A stretch of 64,000 nt of DNA from Myxococcota bacterium (GTDB lineage Bacteria; Myxococcota_A; Polyangia; Nannocystales; Nannocystaceae). Shown here one piece after another: positions 9,051-20,468 of this stretch (positions within the stretch are counted from its first letter, which is position 1; the number at the start of each line of letters is the position of its first letter). The DNA lies in assembly GCA_039028615.1 (NCBI GenBank), contig JBCCHT010000022.1, positions 128,001-192,000 on the forward strand, written 5' to 3'. The notes under the pieces are model-generated. The model saw only the letters and a program-made list of their open reading frames with translations, was not told where the DNA came from and searched no databases. Made by a program: the position numbers and the translations under genes.

Positions 9051-10879
9051 TGTCGGCGGCGACGCAGGCCGAGCAGTCCGAGCAGCATGAGCAGGGCGCC
9101 GCCGGGGGCGGACCCATTGGAGCGACAGCCACAGCCGTCGGTCTCGGTGACCGTGCCCGCCGAGGCCGAGCCGCTCACCACCCCGCTGGTCGTCGCGCCA
9201 CCGTCGTCGTCGCCCGCCGTGTCTGCGCCCGTGCCCGAGCCTTCGCCCGAGTCACCGCCGGAAGCTTCATCCCCAGCGGTGTCGTCGAGCCCACCGGTCG
9301 TCCCCTCGGGCGCATCGAAGTCGATGATGACCGGGGCAGTCGAGTGCGGCTCGGTCAGCGGGGGCTCGCCCGCACAGCTGACGTAGTCGTAGTCCCAGCG
9401 CGGCTGGATCAGGTAGGTCACGTCGTTGGCGGGCGCACCCGTGGACACCACCTCGAACACGATCTGCCGCGAGACGCCCACCGCGATGTCGCCCACGGGC
9501 ACGCCGCCCATGAGCCCCGCGTCGTCCACCGCGTTGCCGTCGATGTCCCCGTCGTTGCCGTCGATGGCGAACGAGGACAGCTCGAGGCCCTCGGGCAGCG
9601 GCGCCCGGAACACGAGCCCGGTGGCGTCGACGAGCCCGTCGTTGCGCATGTTCACCGTGACCGTGCTGGTCTCCCCGAGCGCGAGCACCAGCGGGTCGCC
9701 TTGCGCCCCGTTGCCCTCGGAGGAAAAGTCGGGCGCGTTGACCTCGATGGCGAAGCCGGTGGCGATGGGCACGAAGGAGTCCCCCGTCGTCACCGCGGTG
9801 AGCACCGCCTCGGTCTGGCCGTTGCTGAAGTGGCCCTCGGCCGAGCTGGCCGCGATGGAGGTGACGTCCCAGCCTTGACGACCGCCCGCCACGGTAAAGC
9901 CGCCCGCCGCGTCGTGGTTGGCGTCGCCGAAGCTGCCGCTCATGTCCACGTTGCCGCTCGAGTCGTTGAGCTGCGAGCAGAAGAAGTTGTCGACCGGGTT
10001 GTTCGGCCCCGAAAGCGGCACCGAGGCCCCGCCGATGGTCTCGCCGATGCGGAAGCTGTCGCCCGTGAGCTCGGCGTCGCCCTCGATGGTGCTGACCACC
10101 ACCCGGCCCTCGAACGCACCCGAGGGCGGCGTGCAGAACCCGGCGAACTCGTAGTCTTCGACGCTGTCCTCGTCGACGAAGCTGCCGCCCACGAAGATGG
10201 TGAGGTTGCGGATCGGCTCGCCCGAGTCGCGGTAGGCCACCAGCAGGGTCCAGCCCGCCGCGTTGAGCGAGTTGATCTCCACCGTCTGCGTGGCGGGGAT
10301 GCCCGAGACCGCGTACATGCCCGCGCCGTTGTCCTGCACGAACGCCGTCACGTCGGCGGAGCGCATGTAGTAGTTGGCCTCGAAGCCCGAGAACGCGACC
10401 TCGGCCAGGTCGAGCGCGGTGATCGGGTCGGGCGTGATGAGCTCCGAGCCACCGCCCGCAACACTGAGCGTCACCGGCTCGTCGACGAAGGCCCGCACAT
10501 CCTCCGAGCCGTAAAACGAGCTACCGCCCCACACCAGCTCGGCGTGCAGCACCTCGACTTGCGGCGGGATGTCGAGCTCGGCCTCGGCCCCGTTGAGGGT
10601 CCAGTCGCCGGTCGTGCCCATCGGCCACGGATTCCCCGGGTTGGCCGGGTCGTCGTCGACCGAGGCGTCGTCGAGGCTGATGAAGGTCCCGATGGAGTCC
10701 TCGAAGCCCGGACCGTTGGCGGCGAACTCCTTGGCGAGCCCCAGGGTGTTGCCCGTAGCCACCACCTGACCGGCCGCCGTCCGCGAAAAACGCAGTTCAC
10801 TGGCCGAAGCCGGCGTCGACACGCCGACCGCCAGCAATGCCACCGTCAAACCCAATCGATAGTCTTGAATCCCCCACAT
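9047..10879 (-). CDS. Secreted surface protein with MYXO-CTERM-type anchor
   Basis: Signal peptide, beta-rich acidic body, Gly/Asp linker, 'GCGCRS...LLMLLGLLGLRRRRH'. Confidence 0.85.
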   Translation of the reverse strand: MWGIQDYRLGLTVALLAVGVSTPASASELRFSRTAAGQVVATGNTLGLAKEFAANGPGFEDSIGTFISLDDASVDDDPANPGNPWPMGTTGDWTLNGAEAELDIPPQVEVLHAELVWGGSSFYGSEDVRAFVDEPVTLSVAGGGSELITPDPITALDLAEVAFSGFEANYYMRSADVTAFVQDNGAGMYAVSGIPATQTVEINSLNAAGWTLLVAYRDSGEPIRNLTIFVGGSFVDEDSVEDYEFAGFCTPPSGAFEGRVVVSTIEGDAELTGDSFRIGETIGGASVPLSGPNNPVDNFFCSQLNDSSGNVDMSGSFGDANHDAAGGFTVAGGRQGWDVTSIAASSAEGHFSNGQTEAVLTAVTTGDSFVPIATGFAIEVNAPDFSSEGNGAQGDPLVLALGETSTVTVNMRNDGLVDATGLVFRAPLPEGLELSSFAIDGNDGDIDGNAVDDAGLMGGVPVGDIAVGVSRQIVFEVVSTGAPANDVTYLIQPRWDYDYVSCAGEPPLTEPHSTAPVIIDFDAPEGTTGGLDDTAGDEASGGDSGEGSGTGADTAGDDDGGATTSGVVSGSASAGTVTETDGCGCRSNGSAPGGALLMLLGLLGLRRRRH

Positions 10880-11005
10880 CGCCCATGAGCCTACACCTAC
10901 CTACTGTTCAATACAGCCCCGCCCGGCGTGCGCCCCCGCATGAGGGTTCCCCTTCCCTCCTCGGACCGCAGAGACACCTGACGCCCGTGGCATAAGGATC
11001 TCACC

Positions 11006-12352
11006 GTGACCGAGGCGCTGCGGCGGGAGCTGGGCCCCTACGACGCGATCGCCGTGGTCGTCGGCGCCATCGTGGGGGTGGGCATCTTCTTCACCCCCAG
11101 CCGCGTGGCGGCCCTCGCCGGATCCGACTCGCTGTTCCTCATCACCTGGGGCGTCGGCGGCCTGGTGGCGATCGCGGGCGCCATGACCTTCGCCGAGCTC
11201 GGCGGGCTCTACCCGCGAACCGGAGGCCAGTACGACATCCTGCGCGACGCCTACGGACCCGCCATCGGTTTCGTGTACGTGACCTGCAACGCCACCGCGA
11301 CGCAGGCGGGCGCCATCGGGATCATCGCGATCGTCTGTGTGCAAAACGCCGCGGTAGCGCTGGCCGGGCATTCGCTCGAGGGTGGGTCGCTGCTGGGGGC
11401 GGCGCTCGCCGTGTCCTTCGTGATCGCCTGCGCCAACGCGGCCGGCGTTCGCCAGGGCGCACGGATCCAAAACGCGACCGTCGTCGCCAAGGTCGGAGCC
11501 TTGATCGCGGTGGTCGTGATCGCGTTGCTCTTCCACGAGCCCGCCCCGGCGACGGCCACCTCCGAGCCCACGGAGTACGGGCCGCTCGCCGCCATCGCGG
11601 CCGGCCTCGTCCCCGTGCTGTTCTCGTTCGGCGGCTGGCAGATGGCCCTTTGGGTGGGCGGAGAGGTTCGCGATCCCCAGCGCAACGTCCCCCGCGCGAT
11701 CATGGTGGGCGTGGCGATCGTGGTCGTGGTGTACCTCGGCGCCAACTGGGCCTACCTGCGCCTGCTGGGTCACGCGGGGGTGGCCAGCAGCGAAGCGCTG
11801 GCCGCCGATGCCGTCACCGCGGCCGTGGGCGATGTGGGCCGACGCCTCGTCGCCGCGGCCGTGGCCGTGAGCGCGCTCGGAGTCCTCAACGCCCAGCTGC
11901 TCGGCGGACCACGATTGCTGCTCGCGCTGGCCCGTGACGGTCGGTTCTTCCGCCCCTTCGCCTCCGTGCATCCCCGCTCGGGGACGCCCATTCCCGCCAT
12001 CGCCCTGCTGTGCGGCACCGCCATGATCCTGCTCGTCGCGGCCGGGGCCGACGGCATCGATCGCCTGCTCACCGGGGTGGTGCTCATCGACGCGGTGTTC
12101 TTCCTCCTCACCGGCCTCGCCACCCTCGTGCTGCTCCGTCGGCACCCCCGCGCGGGCCGACCGGTGCGCATGCCCTGGTTCCCCCTGGTGCCCCTGTTCT
12201 TCGTGCTCGCCGAGGGCGGCGCAGCGGTGGGGGCCTGGATGGATCCCAACGTCCGAGGCGCGGCGGTCATCGGGATCGGCTGGATCGCGGCCGCCAGCGT
12301 GATCTACGCCTTATGGTTCCGCCAGCCCGCCGATCCACCCGACAAAACGTGA
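11006..12352 (+). CDS. APC-family amino acid permease
   Basis: 'GAIVGVGIFFTP', 'FAELGGLYPRTGG', 'FSFGGW', 'EVRDPQRNVPRA'; many TM segments. Confidence 0.93.
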   Translation: MTEALRRELGPYDAIAVVVGAIVGVGIFFTPSRVAALAGSDSLFLITWGVGGLVAIAGAMTFAELGGLYPRTGGQYDILRDAYGPAIGFVYVTCNATATQAGAIGIIAIVCVQNAAVALAGHSLEGGSLLGAALAVSFVIACANAAGVRQGARIQNATVVAKVGALIAVVVIALLFHEPAPATATSEPTEYGPLAAIAAGLVPVLFSFGGWQMALWVGGEVRDPQRNVPRAIMVGVAIVVVVYLGANWAYLRLLGHAGVASSEALAADAVTAAVGDVGRRLVAAAVAVSALGVLNAQLLGGPRLLLALARDGRFFRPFASVHPRSGTPIPAIALLCGTAMILLVAAGADGIDRLLTGVVLIDAVFFLLTGLATLVLLRRHPRAGRPVRMPWFPLVPLFFVLAEGGAAVGAWMDPNVRGAAVIGIGWIAAASVIYALWFRQPADPPDKT

Positions 12353-12363
12353 GTCGATGGGGC

Positions 12364-12392
12364 TTGGCGGGGTCGATTCTGCGTGCTAGATA
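12364..12392 (+). promoter_or_regulatory. Putative sigma70-type promoter of tRNA-His
   Basis: TTGGCG-N17-TAGATA about 30 bp upstream of the tRNA. Confidence 0.45.
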
Positions 12393-12421
12393 ACCGGCCC
12401 TCTCAACGAAGAGCACCACGC

Positions 12422-12496
12422 GGCGAGCGTAGCTCAGCAGGTTAGAGCGCCGGTTTGTGGTACCGGAGGTCGTGGGTTCAAGACCCATCGCTCGCC
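12422..12496 (+). tRNA. tRNA-His (GTG)
   Basis: Cloverleaf: acceptor GCGAGCG/CGCTCGC with G-1:C73, D arm GCTC/GAGC, anticodon arm CCGGT-TTGTGGT-ACCGG, T arm GTGGG-TTCAAGA-CCCAT; full CCA not encoded (CCG follows). Confidence 0.95.
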
Positions 12497-12501
12497 CCGC
12501 C

Positions 12502-12535
12502 AAGACCCCGTAGACGACAGTCTGCGGGGTCTTTT
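12502..12535 (+). terminator. Intrinsic terminator after tRNA-His
   Basis: aagaccccgtagac-gaca-gtctgcggggtctt followed by T run. Confidence 0.8.
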
Positions 12536-12623
12536 GTTGGTTTGCCCCGCCCCTCGCCGCACGCAAGAAGGGGCCCGGTCGCCGCAGCGCCGTGCCCCTT
12601 TGATGCAAGCGTCGACCGACCGA

Positions 12624-13883
12624 CTAGTGGCCGTGGTCGTCGCCCGCGGCCGGCTTGCCCCCGGGCTTGCCCGCCACCTCGGCGTGCGGGTTGGAGCCCG
12701 CCTTGCGCCGGGGCGGCCCCTTGCCATCGCGGGTGGCGGCTCGACCGAGCTTGGTGCCTCCCTTGCCGCCCTTGCGACGACCCCGTCGCGGCTCGGGCCC
12801 GAGGGTGGGCTTGATGTTGTCGGTGATCGGGTACTCGCCGAGCAGCCGCTCTTTGAGCTCGCGACGACCCTGATGCAGCTTGCGCTGACGCAGGCGGTCG
12901 CGGATCTGATCTTCGAGCGCCTCTTGGGGCAGCTCTCCCGGAGGCCATTTTCCGGTGAGCTTGATGATGTGGTAGCCGAACTTGGTCTTCACCGGCTCGC
13001 TGATCTGGCCGGGCTCGAGCTTGAACGCGACCTCGGAGAATTCCTCGGTCATGCGATCGGGGGTGAAGATGCTGATGTCGCCGCCCTTGGAGGCGCTGGG
13101 GCCCACCGAGGTCTCGGCCGCGATCGCAGCGAAGTCGGCATCGGGCGCGCTCACCCGGGCGTGAATCTCCTTGGCCTTGGCCAGCGCCTCGGCCTCCCAC
13201 TTCGCCCGCTCTTCGTCGCTGGGCTCGGGCGGCTTGCCGTCCTTGCCGCGGGCCGGCGGCTGGGGGCCGATGGGCACGAGGATGTGCGAGGCACGAACGC
13301 GGGGCTTGTCGGAGACCCAGTTGCCCTTGATCTTGTCGTAGTCCTCGGTGACCTCGGCGTCGCTGACCTCGAGGCTGCCCAGCTTCTCCAGGATGGCGTG
13401 CTCGCGCAGCTCGTTGACCACCATGGCGCGCAGGCTGTCCTCGGTCTCGCCGCGGCGCTCGAGGTGCTTGTCCCAGTCGCGGATTCCCCGGCGCTGCTGC
13501 TCTTCGCGCTTGGCCAGCGCGTCGGCGTCGTACTCGACCCCGAGCTTCTTCACCTCTTGCGCGACGACCTCGTGATAGATGAGGCGCTCGGCGATGGACT
13601 TGCGATAGCGACGGTCGGCCGAGGGCGGGATTTCACGACCGCGGTCGGCGTACTTCTTGACCTTGAGGTCGTAGATCTCGCGGAACTTGGCGTTGGGAAT
13701 CTCGGCCTCGCCGACCTTGCCGATGGCGCCCGCGGGGATTTCCCCGAGCTCGATGGCATCGGCGCTGCCATCCTTGGACTCGATCTTGTCGAGGTCCTGC
13801 GCCTTCTCGGGCTTGGGAGGCTCGGTGCAGCCGAGCGCCAGCATTGAACAAAGACCAACGAGGACGGGGATGGAACTTCTCAT
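12624..13883 (-). CDS. Parvulin-type peptidyl-prolyl isomerase lipoprotein (PrsA/SurA-like)
   Basis: Lipobox 'LALGC'; 'VRASHILV', 'SKGGDI', 'ISEPVKTKFGYHIIKL'; start re-picked at MRSSIPV. Confidence 0.92.
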   Translation of the reverse strand: MRSSIPVLVGLCSMLALGCTEPPKPEKAQDLDKIESKDGSADAIELGEIPAGAIGKVGEAEIPNAKFREIYDLKVKKYADRGREIPPSADRRYRKSIAERLIYHEVVAQEVKKLGVEYDADALAKREEQQRRGIRDWDKHLERRGETEDSLRAMVVNELREHAILEKLGSLEVSDAEVTEDYDKIKGNWVSDKPRVRASHILVPIGPQPPARGKDGKPPEPSDEERAKWEAEALAKAKEIHARVSAPDADFAAIAAETSVGPSASKGGDISIFTPDRMTEEFSEVAFKLEPGQISEPVKTKFGYHIIKLTGKWPPGELPQEALEDQIRDRLRQRKLHQGRRELKERLLGEYPITDNIKPTLGPEPRRGRRKGGKGGTKLGRAATRDGKGPPRRKAGSNPHAEVAGKPGGKPAAGDDHGH

Positions 13884-14020
13884 GACCGCACCAGCGAGCG
13901 AGGACAAACGGGCCCTAGAGCCCCGAATCGCGACGGATTGTAAAGCACAATCAAGGCCGCGCGACAACGCCGCTGGTCGCGCCCCGCGACCCTGACAGCC
14001 CGAGCCCGATCGCGTAGGCT

Positions 14021-15415
<1,395 letters not shown>

Positions 15416-15440
15416 CCCCTCGCCCCCACAAAAAAAGACC

Positions 15441-15896
15441 ATGGCCGAAAGCTCGCGATCCCCCAGCGACGAGGACGACAACCACGACGACGCCCCGCCG
15501 GCCCGGGTGAGCCGCCACGTCAAACCGCTGGGTCCGCGCGTGCTGGTGCGCGTGGTCAAGTCGCCCGATCGCTCGGAGGCGGGCCTGTTCCTGCCCCAGG
15601 GCGTCAAGGATGGCCACGCGATGGCCCTGCTGGGCGAGGTCCTCGAGGTCGCGCGCACGATGCCCAAGACCGACTCGGGGCTCGACGATGACGACGACGG
15701 TGACGAGGACGACGACGATGCCCGCACCGACCGGGCCGACTTCGGCAAGAACGTCAGCGGCATCCCGCTGCACGCCAACGTGTTGTTCGAAAAGGAGCGC
15801 GGCGTCGTGATCCCGTGGGACGAGAGCCTGCGAATCATCGAGGTGCGCCACATCCTGGCCATCGTCGACATCATCAGCGAGGACGAGCTCCAGTGA
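15441..15896 (+). CDS. GroES/Cpn10-like protein with acidic insertion
   Basis: 'VKPLGPRVLVR', mobile-loop-like 'SEAGLFLP', 'GEVLEV', 'HILAIV'. Confidence 0.8.
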   Translation: MAESSRSPSDEDDNHDDAPPARVSRHVKPLGPRVLVRVVKSPDRSEAGLFLPQGVKDGHAMALLGEVLEVARTMPKTDSGLDDDDDGDEDDDDARTDRADFGKNVSGIPLHANVLFEKERGVVIPWDESLRIIEVRHILAIVDIISEDELQ

Positions 15897-18535
15897 AGGC
15901 CGCGCGCGGGTCCTTGGCCCTGGCGGCCGCGGCATCGCTGAGCCTGCTGTCGACGCCGGCCGGTGCTCAGGTTCCCGTCGCGCAAGACCGCCACCCCACC
16001 GACGGGGTCGACCGGGTGGTGCACGACGTCTCGGGCGAGGGCGATGCGACCAGCATCGAGCTCAACCCCGCCCTGCTGTCCGATGTGCAGGGCTTCGACC
16101 TATCGCTGATGGGCTACCGCAGCGTGTCCGACTTCACCCGGGGCACGGGCTTCGGTGGTTTCGTCGCGACCAACCTCGGCTTCGGCCTCGCCACGGGCTT
16201 TGGTGTGCAGGTGGTGCGTCCGGGCTTGCGCCTGGACGGGGCCGACTTCGACGCCGCGGCCAACCCCGACCTCACCAAGCTGAGCTTCGCGTTCGCGGGA
16301 GACTTCAGCGACAGCGCCTTCGGTGTCGGCGTGCACGGCGTGCGAGCCCAGGGGCAGTGGCTCCAGCGTCCCGACCTCGACGTCGGCGGCCTGGTGCGCA
16401 TCTTCAACTACGGCTCGGCCGGCTTCAACGCGCGCTTTTCCTCCGTCGACCTCGACAGCCAGGCTCTGCCCGCGCACATGTCGTTGACCGGCGAGCTGGC
16501 GCTGCGCCCCTTGGGCACGCACCACGTCGAGATTGCCGCCGCCGCCACCCAGCAGCTGCTCGTCAGCGAAAACGGCGAGAGCCCCCAGCGGGTCGACTTC
16601 TCCGGTTTCCTGCCCCGCGGACGCGTTGCGCTGCGCTACCAGGGCTGGGCGGTCAAGGCCGAGGTCGAGCAGATCCGCAGCGCGGTGCTCGACCCCACCA
16701 CCCTCGAGCGCGTGCGCGGCGAAAAGGCCCTACGCGGCGGCGTGGCCCTCGAGGGCTCGTGGGACTTCCTCACCGCGAGCGCGGGCATCCACGCCGGCAT
16801 CTCCGACGGCATCGATGGCGTGGGCTTCTCCGCCCGCCTGCATAGCCGCGAGCGTGGGCGCGTGTTCTGGCCGCGCCAGATCGACGCCGAGCGCCTCGAG
16901 CTGTCCGACCTCGGGGACGAGCGCAGCCTCATCGCCACGCTGCAGCGGCTCGACAGCGCCCGCAAGGCGGGGGACCGCAGCGTCATCGTCATCGACGCCC
17001 GCAGCACGGGCGCGGGCTGGGCCAGCCTTCACGAGGTCCGCGAGGCGCTCATCCGGGTCCGCAACGCGGGCGGCCACGTGTTCGCCTACGTCGAGAACGC
17101 CTCGCTCAAGGACTACTACGTCGCCAGCGTGGCCGAGCAGGTCTACGTGCACCCGGCCGGGGCCCTCGACGTCTACGGCATCTCCTCCACCACGCTGTAC
17201 CTGCGGGGGGCCCTCGACAAGCTCGGGGTCTCGGCCGAGGTCATCAAGGTCGACGAGTACAAGAGCGCGGGCGAGCGCTTCACCGAGACCGAGCCCACCG
17301 AGCCCGATCGGCAGCAGCGCACCGAGATTCAAAAAGACCACCTGGCGCAGATCGTCCACGACATCGCCCAGGCGCGCGGCTTGAGCCTGCACGACGTCCG
17401 CGAGCGCTTCGACGAGGCCCCCTGGGGACCCAACGCGGCGGTCGACGAGGGCCTGGTCGACGAGGTCATCTTCCGCGACCAGCTGCTCGATCGCATCTCC
17501 GAGCGCATCGGGGCCGACGTCGAGTTCGCCTCCTACTTCGATTCCAACCCCCGCGAGTACTGGGCCGAAGAGCCCTACGTGGCGGTCGTGCTGGTCGAGG
17601 GCGCCATCGTCGACGGCGGTAGCCGGACCATCCCGTTCTTCAACCTCGGCTTCGCGGGCGGCGACACCATCGCCAAGACCCTCCGCGACCTCCGGGAAGA
17701 CCGCTTCTGCCGGGGCGTGGTCCTGCGGGTCAACAGCCCGGGCGGCTCGGCCCTGGCCTCCGACGTCATCTGGCGCGAGGTCAAGCGCACCGCGGTGGCC
17801 CACGAGGCCGACCCCCGCTTCTCGGCCCCCATCGTCGTCTCCATGGGTGACGTGGCGGCCAGCGGCGGCTACTACGTGGCCATGGGCGCGCCCGAGGTGC
17901 TCGCCGACCCGATGACCATCACCGGTTCCATCGGCGTCATCTCGATGCACTTCGACGTCTCCGGCCTGCTCAAGACCCTGGGCATCAGCACCACCACCCT
18001 CAAGCAGGGCAAGAACGCCGAGATCGGTACCCCGTTTTCGCCCTATACCGAGGACCAGCGCACCCGCATCGAAGAGTCGATTCGGCGCACCTACGACCTG
18101 TTCCGCGAGCGCGTGGCCGATGGCCGCGGCATCACCACCGAGCGCGTCAACGAGCTCGGCCGCGGGCACGTCTACTCGGGCACCGATGCGGAGGCGGTCG
18201 GCCTGGTCGACTCCATGGGCGGTCTCTACGACGCCATCGAGCAGGTCCGTACCCGCGCCGGGTTGCCCAAGCGCAAGTCGCTGCGGATCAAGGTCCTGCC
18301 CGAGCAACGCACCCTGGTCGACCTGATCCTCGAGTCGGCCCGGGGCCCTCGAGGCACGGTGCGGGCGGTAGGTCGGGCCGTCGAGCGCCGCCGCGCCCGA
18401 GCCGACGGCGCCGCGCTGCGCGATGCTCTGCCGCTGGCCCTCGACGAGGCCCTGTCGCGCGTGCCGCTGTCGCTGATGTTCCTGCCGCAGGGGCAGGCCC
18501 AGGCCATCGCCCCCGGGCTCGTGCAGGTCGACTGA
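15893..18535 (+). CDS. sppA: Signal peptide peptidase SppA (S49), long form with N-terminal beta-strand-rich domain
   Basis: 'EYKSAGE', 'RVNSPGGSALAS', 'MGDVAASGGYY', 'TITGSIGV'; GTGA overlap with groES-like gene; signal peptide. Confidence 0.9.
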   Translation: MKAARGSLALAAAASLSLLSTPAGAQVPVAQDRHPTDGVDRVVHDVSGEGDATSIELNPALLSDVQGFDLSLMGYRSVSDFTRGTGFGGFVATNLGFGLATGFGVQVVRPGLRLDGADFDAAANPDLTKLSFAFAGDFSDSAFGVGVHGVRAQGQWLQRPDLDVGGLVRIFNYGSAGFNARFSSVDLDSQALPAHMSLTGELALRPLGTHHVEIAAAATQQLLVSENGESPQRVDFSGFLPRGRVALRYQGWAVKAEVEQIRSAVLDPTTLERVRGEKALRGGVALEGSWDFLTASAGIHAGISDGIDGVGFSARLHSRERGRVFWPRQIDAERLELSDLGDERSLIATLQRLDSARKAGDRSVIVIDARSTGAGWASLHEVREALIRVRNAGGHVFAYVENASLKDYYVASVAEQVYVHPAGALDVYGISSTTLYLRGALDKLGVSAEVIKVDEYKSAGERFTETEPTEPDRQQRTEIQKDHLAQIVHDIAQARGLSLHDVRERFDEAPWGPNAAVDEGLVDEVIFRDQLLDRISERIGADVEFASYFDSNPREYWAEEPYVAVVLVEGAIVDGGSRTIPFFNLGFAGGDTIAKTLRDLREDRFCRGVVLRVNSPGGSALASDVIWREVKRTAVAHEADPRFSAPIVVSMGDVAASGGYYVAMGAPEVLADPMTITGSIGVISMHFDVSGLLKTLGISTTTLKQGKNAEIGTPFSPYTEDQRTRIEESIRRTYDLFRERVADGRGITTERVNELGRGHVYSGTDAEAVGLVDSMGGLYDAIEQVRTRAGLPKRKSLRIKVLPEQRTLVDLILESARGPRGTVRAVGRAVERRRARADGAALRDALPLALDEALSRVPLSLMFLPQGQAQAIAPGLVQVD

Positions 18536-18544
18536 GCGCCTCGC

Positions 18545-19477
18545 TCAGTCGGCGGCGATGACCCGCTGCAGGGTCTGCCCGATCTTGGCCGCCATCACCT
18601 CGAAGCCGTCCTTCTTGGGGTGGATCTCGTCGTGCCACTTGTCCGTGGCCATGCCGCGCAGGTCGACGACGTGCACGCCCGGCACGCGTCCCCCGACCAC
18701 CACCAAGTCTTCGTTGAAGCGGTCGACCAGGCGCTTGATGAGGAAGCGGCGCTGCTCGTCGTCGGTGATCCCCATGGGGTCGAGGTGCGGGCCCAGGTAC
18801 TTGCCCTTCCCTTCCTTCGCCACGCGCAGGTAGTCGTAGCCGTGCACCACGATGGGCAGCTCGGGCGCCCGGGCTCGAACCCCCTCGAGCACCGTCTGCA
18901 TCGAGCACATCACGGCGCTCATGAAGGGGTCGATGGTGTCCAGAGCCTGCTGCACGGGGTCGGACGCGAGTTCCTCGATGGCGTCGAGCGCTTCGAAGCC
19001 GTGGATGAGGTCGTTGCCGCCGCCGCTGAGCAGCAAGGCGGACGCGTCGAGCACATCGAGCGCGTGCTCCTGTTCCCGCTCCCGCGCCATGTCGTCCAGG
19101 CAGTCACCCGCCGCTCCCATGGCCCACACGTTGAACTGAAAGCGATCCTCGTCGAGCAGGTGATCGGTCAGGTCTCGCAGCTGTGGGTGCGCGACCCAGG
19201 AGTCGCCCTCGCACAGAATGATCGGCCAGTCGGGGTGGTTGCGCCGCCGCCAACGAAAGCGGCGGACGCGGAGACGACGTTCCGCCGCATTGGCCACGCC
19301 GATGAGGCGACGCACCCAGTCGTCGTCGTGATCGGCGTGCTCCTCGACCACCGGACACCAGTCGTAGGTCAATGGAGCGCGAGGCACCGGATGAAAGTGC
19401 TCGTGCAGGGTGGCTTCGACGACCCCGTCGTCGTCACTCTCGAGGCGCTCGCGTAGCTCGTGCTCGTCGACCGTCAT
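18545..19477 (-). CDS. SGNH/GDSL hydrolase
   Basis: 'EGDSW', 'SGGGND', 'HGYDY', 'DEIHP'; start re-picked at MTVDEHE. Confidence 0.85.
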   Translation of the reverse strand: MTVDEHELRERLESDDDGVVEATLHEHFHPVPRAPLTYDWCPVVEEHADHDDDWVRRLIGVANAAERRLRVRRFRWRRRNHPDWPIILCEGDSWVAHPQLRDLTDHLLDEDRFQFNVWAMGAAGDCLDDMAREREQEHALDVLDASALLLSGGGNDLIHGFEALDAIEELASDPVQQALDTIDPFMSAVMCSMQTVLEGVRARAPELPIVVHGYDYLRVAKEGKGKYLGPHLDPMGITDDEQRRFLIKRLVDRFNEDLVVVGGRVPGVHVVDLRGMATDKWHDEIHPKKDGFEVMAAKIGQTLQRVIAAD

Positions 19478-19485
19478 CAGCCCCG

Positions 19486-20376
19486 TCAGGATAACGTCGG
19501 TTCGGCCGACGATCCTACATGGGCGACGATGATGTGCACCGGAGAGCGGAGGCGGGCCAGGCGGGGCTGGGTGCCGTAGTGCGACTCGGGTCGGACCTCC
19601 TCGTACCCGTCGAACCCGGCCTCCCGCAGCGCCCGGCCCAGCGCGTCGAGATCGGCGAAGGGATCGAGCGCGCGGCGGCGGCGGGTGAGCACGCGAATGG
19701 CTCCGCGCAGGGCTTTGACGGGCCCGCCCACCCGCTGCTGCGCGACCTTGGTGTGCAGGTCGGCGACCAGCATTCCGCCGCCCGCCTCGCGCAGCCCGGC
19801 CGCCACCGACGCGAGCACCTCGCAGCGCGGCCCGGGATCGAAGTAGCTGAGCAGCCCCTCGGCCACGACCACCGGCCGATCGTTGCCTCGAATCCGCGCC
19901 GCGAGCTCGGACGAGAACGCGGGATCGAGCACATCGGCGTCGTGGACCTCGTGCCGAGACCCCATCGAGGTGCGCATGGAAGCAGGTAGCTGTGCGATGC
20001 GACGGCGCTTGATCGAGGCCATGCTGGGCAGATCGAACTCGATGCCGGGCACGCCTCGATCCGCCGCCCAGGTCACCGCGCGCCGGGTCAGCCCCGCGCC
20101 GAGCTCGACCACGCACCCGGGCTCGAGCGAATCCACCACCGCCTCCATCAGCCGATGGCGATACTCCAAGTATTCGCGCATCGACGGCACACGCGGCGAC
20201 AGCCGCGTCATCCACTCCCCCAGCGCAAAGAACCCCCAGTACAGCACCGCGCCCTGCCGCGTGGAGAAGTGCTCGGCATGGGGCAGCCCGAGGCGGTGCC
20301 ACACGTACGCGGTGTAGTGCGCGGTAGGACCGATGCGCTCCGCGTCTTGCTCGGAGAGGCTCGCGTCGGAAGTCAT
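19486..20376 (-). CDS. Class I SAM-dependent methyltransferase (LCM-like)
   Basis: 'VVELGAGL', 'EFDLP', 'ADVLD', 'VAEGLLSYF'. Confidence 0.85.
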   Translation of the reverse strand: MTSDASLSEQDAERIGPTAHYTAYVWHRLGLPHAEHFSTRQGAVLYWGFFALGEWMTRLSPRVPSMREYLEYRHRLMEAVVDSLEPGCVVELGAGLTRRAVTWAADRGVPGIEFDLPSMASIKRRRIAQLPASMRTSMGSRHEVHDADVLDPAFSSELAARIRGNDRPVVVAEGLLSYFDPGPRCEVLASVAAGLREAGGGMLVADLHTKVAQQRVGGPVKALRGAIRVLTRRRRALDPFADLDALGRALREAGFDGYEEVRPESHYGTQPRLARLRSPVHIIVAHVGSSAEPTLS

Positions 20377-20468
20377 GCGGCGCAGCATAATGCACACGCG
20401 CCCGCGGTTGGTTCGCGCGGCGTTCCGCCCCCGTGATCGTTTGCCCGCGTCGACACACTCACCATGAC

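Noticed and set aside
8123..10888. 921-aa plus-strand ORF
   Set aside because: Off-frame and antisense shadow of two real genes; stop codons are scarce in high-GC DNA.
12422..12540. tRNA-His as an island integration site
   Set aside because: No integrase nearby and no duplicated tRNA 3' end noticed; it is followed directly by its terminator and a core gene.
19478..20458. Apparent 637-aa SGNH fusion
   Set aside because: The upstream part overlaps the methyltransferase in another frame; two separate genes fit better.
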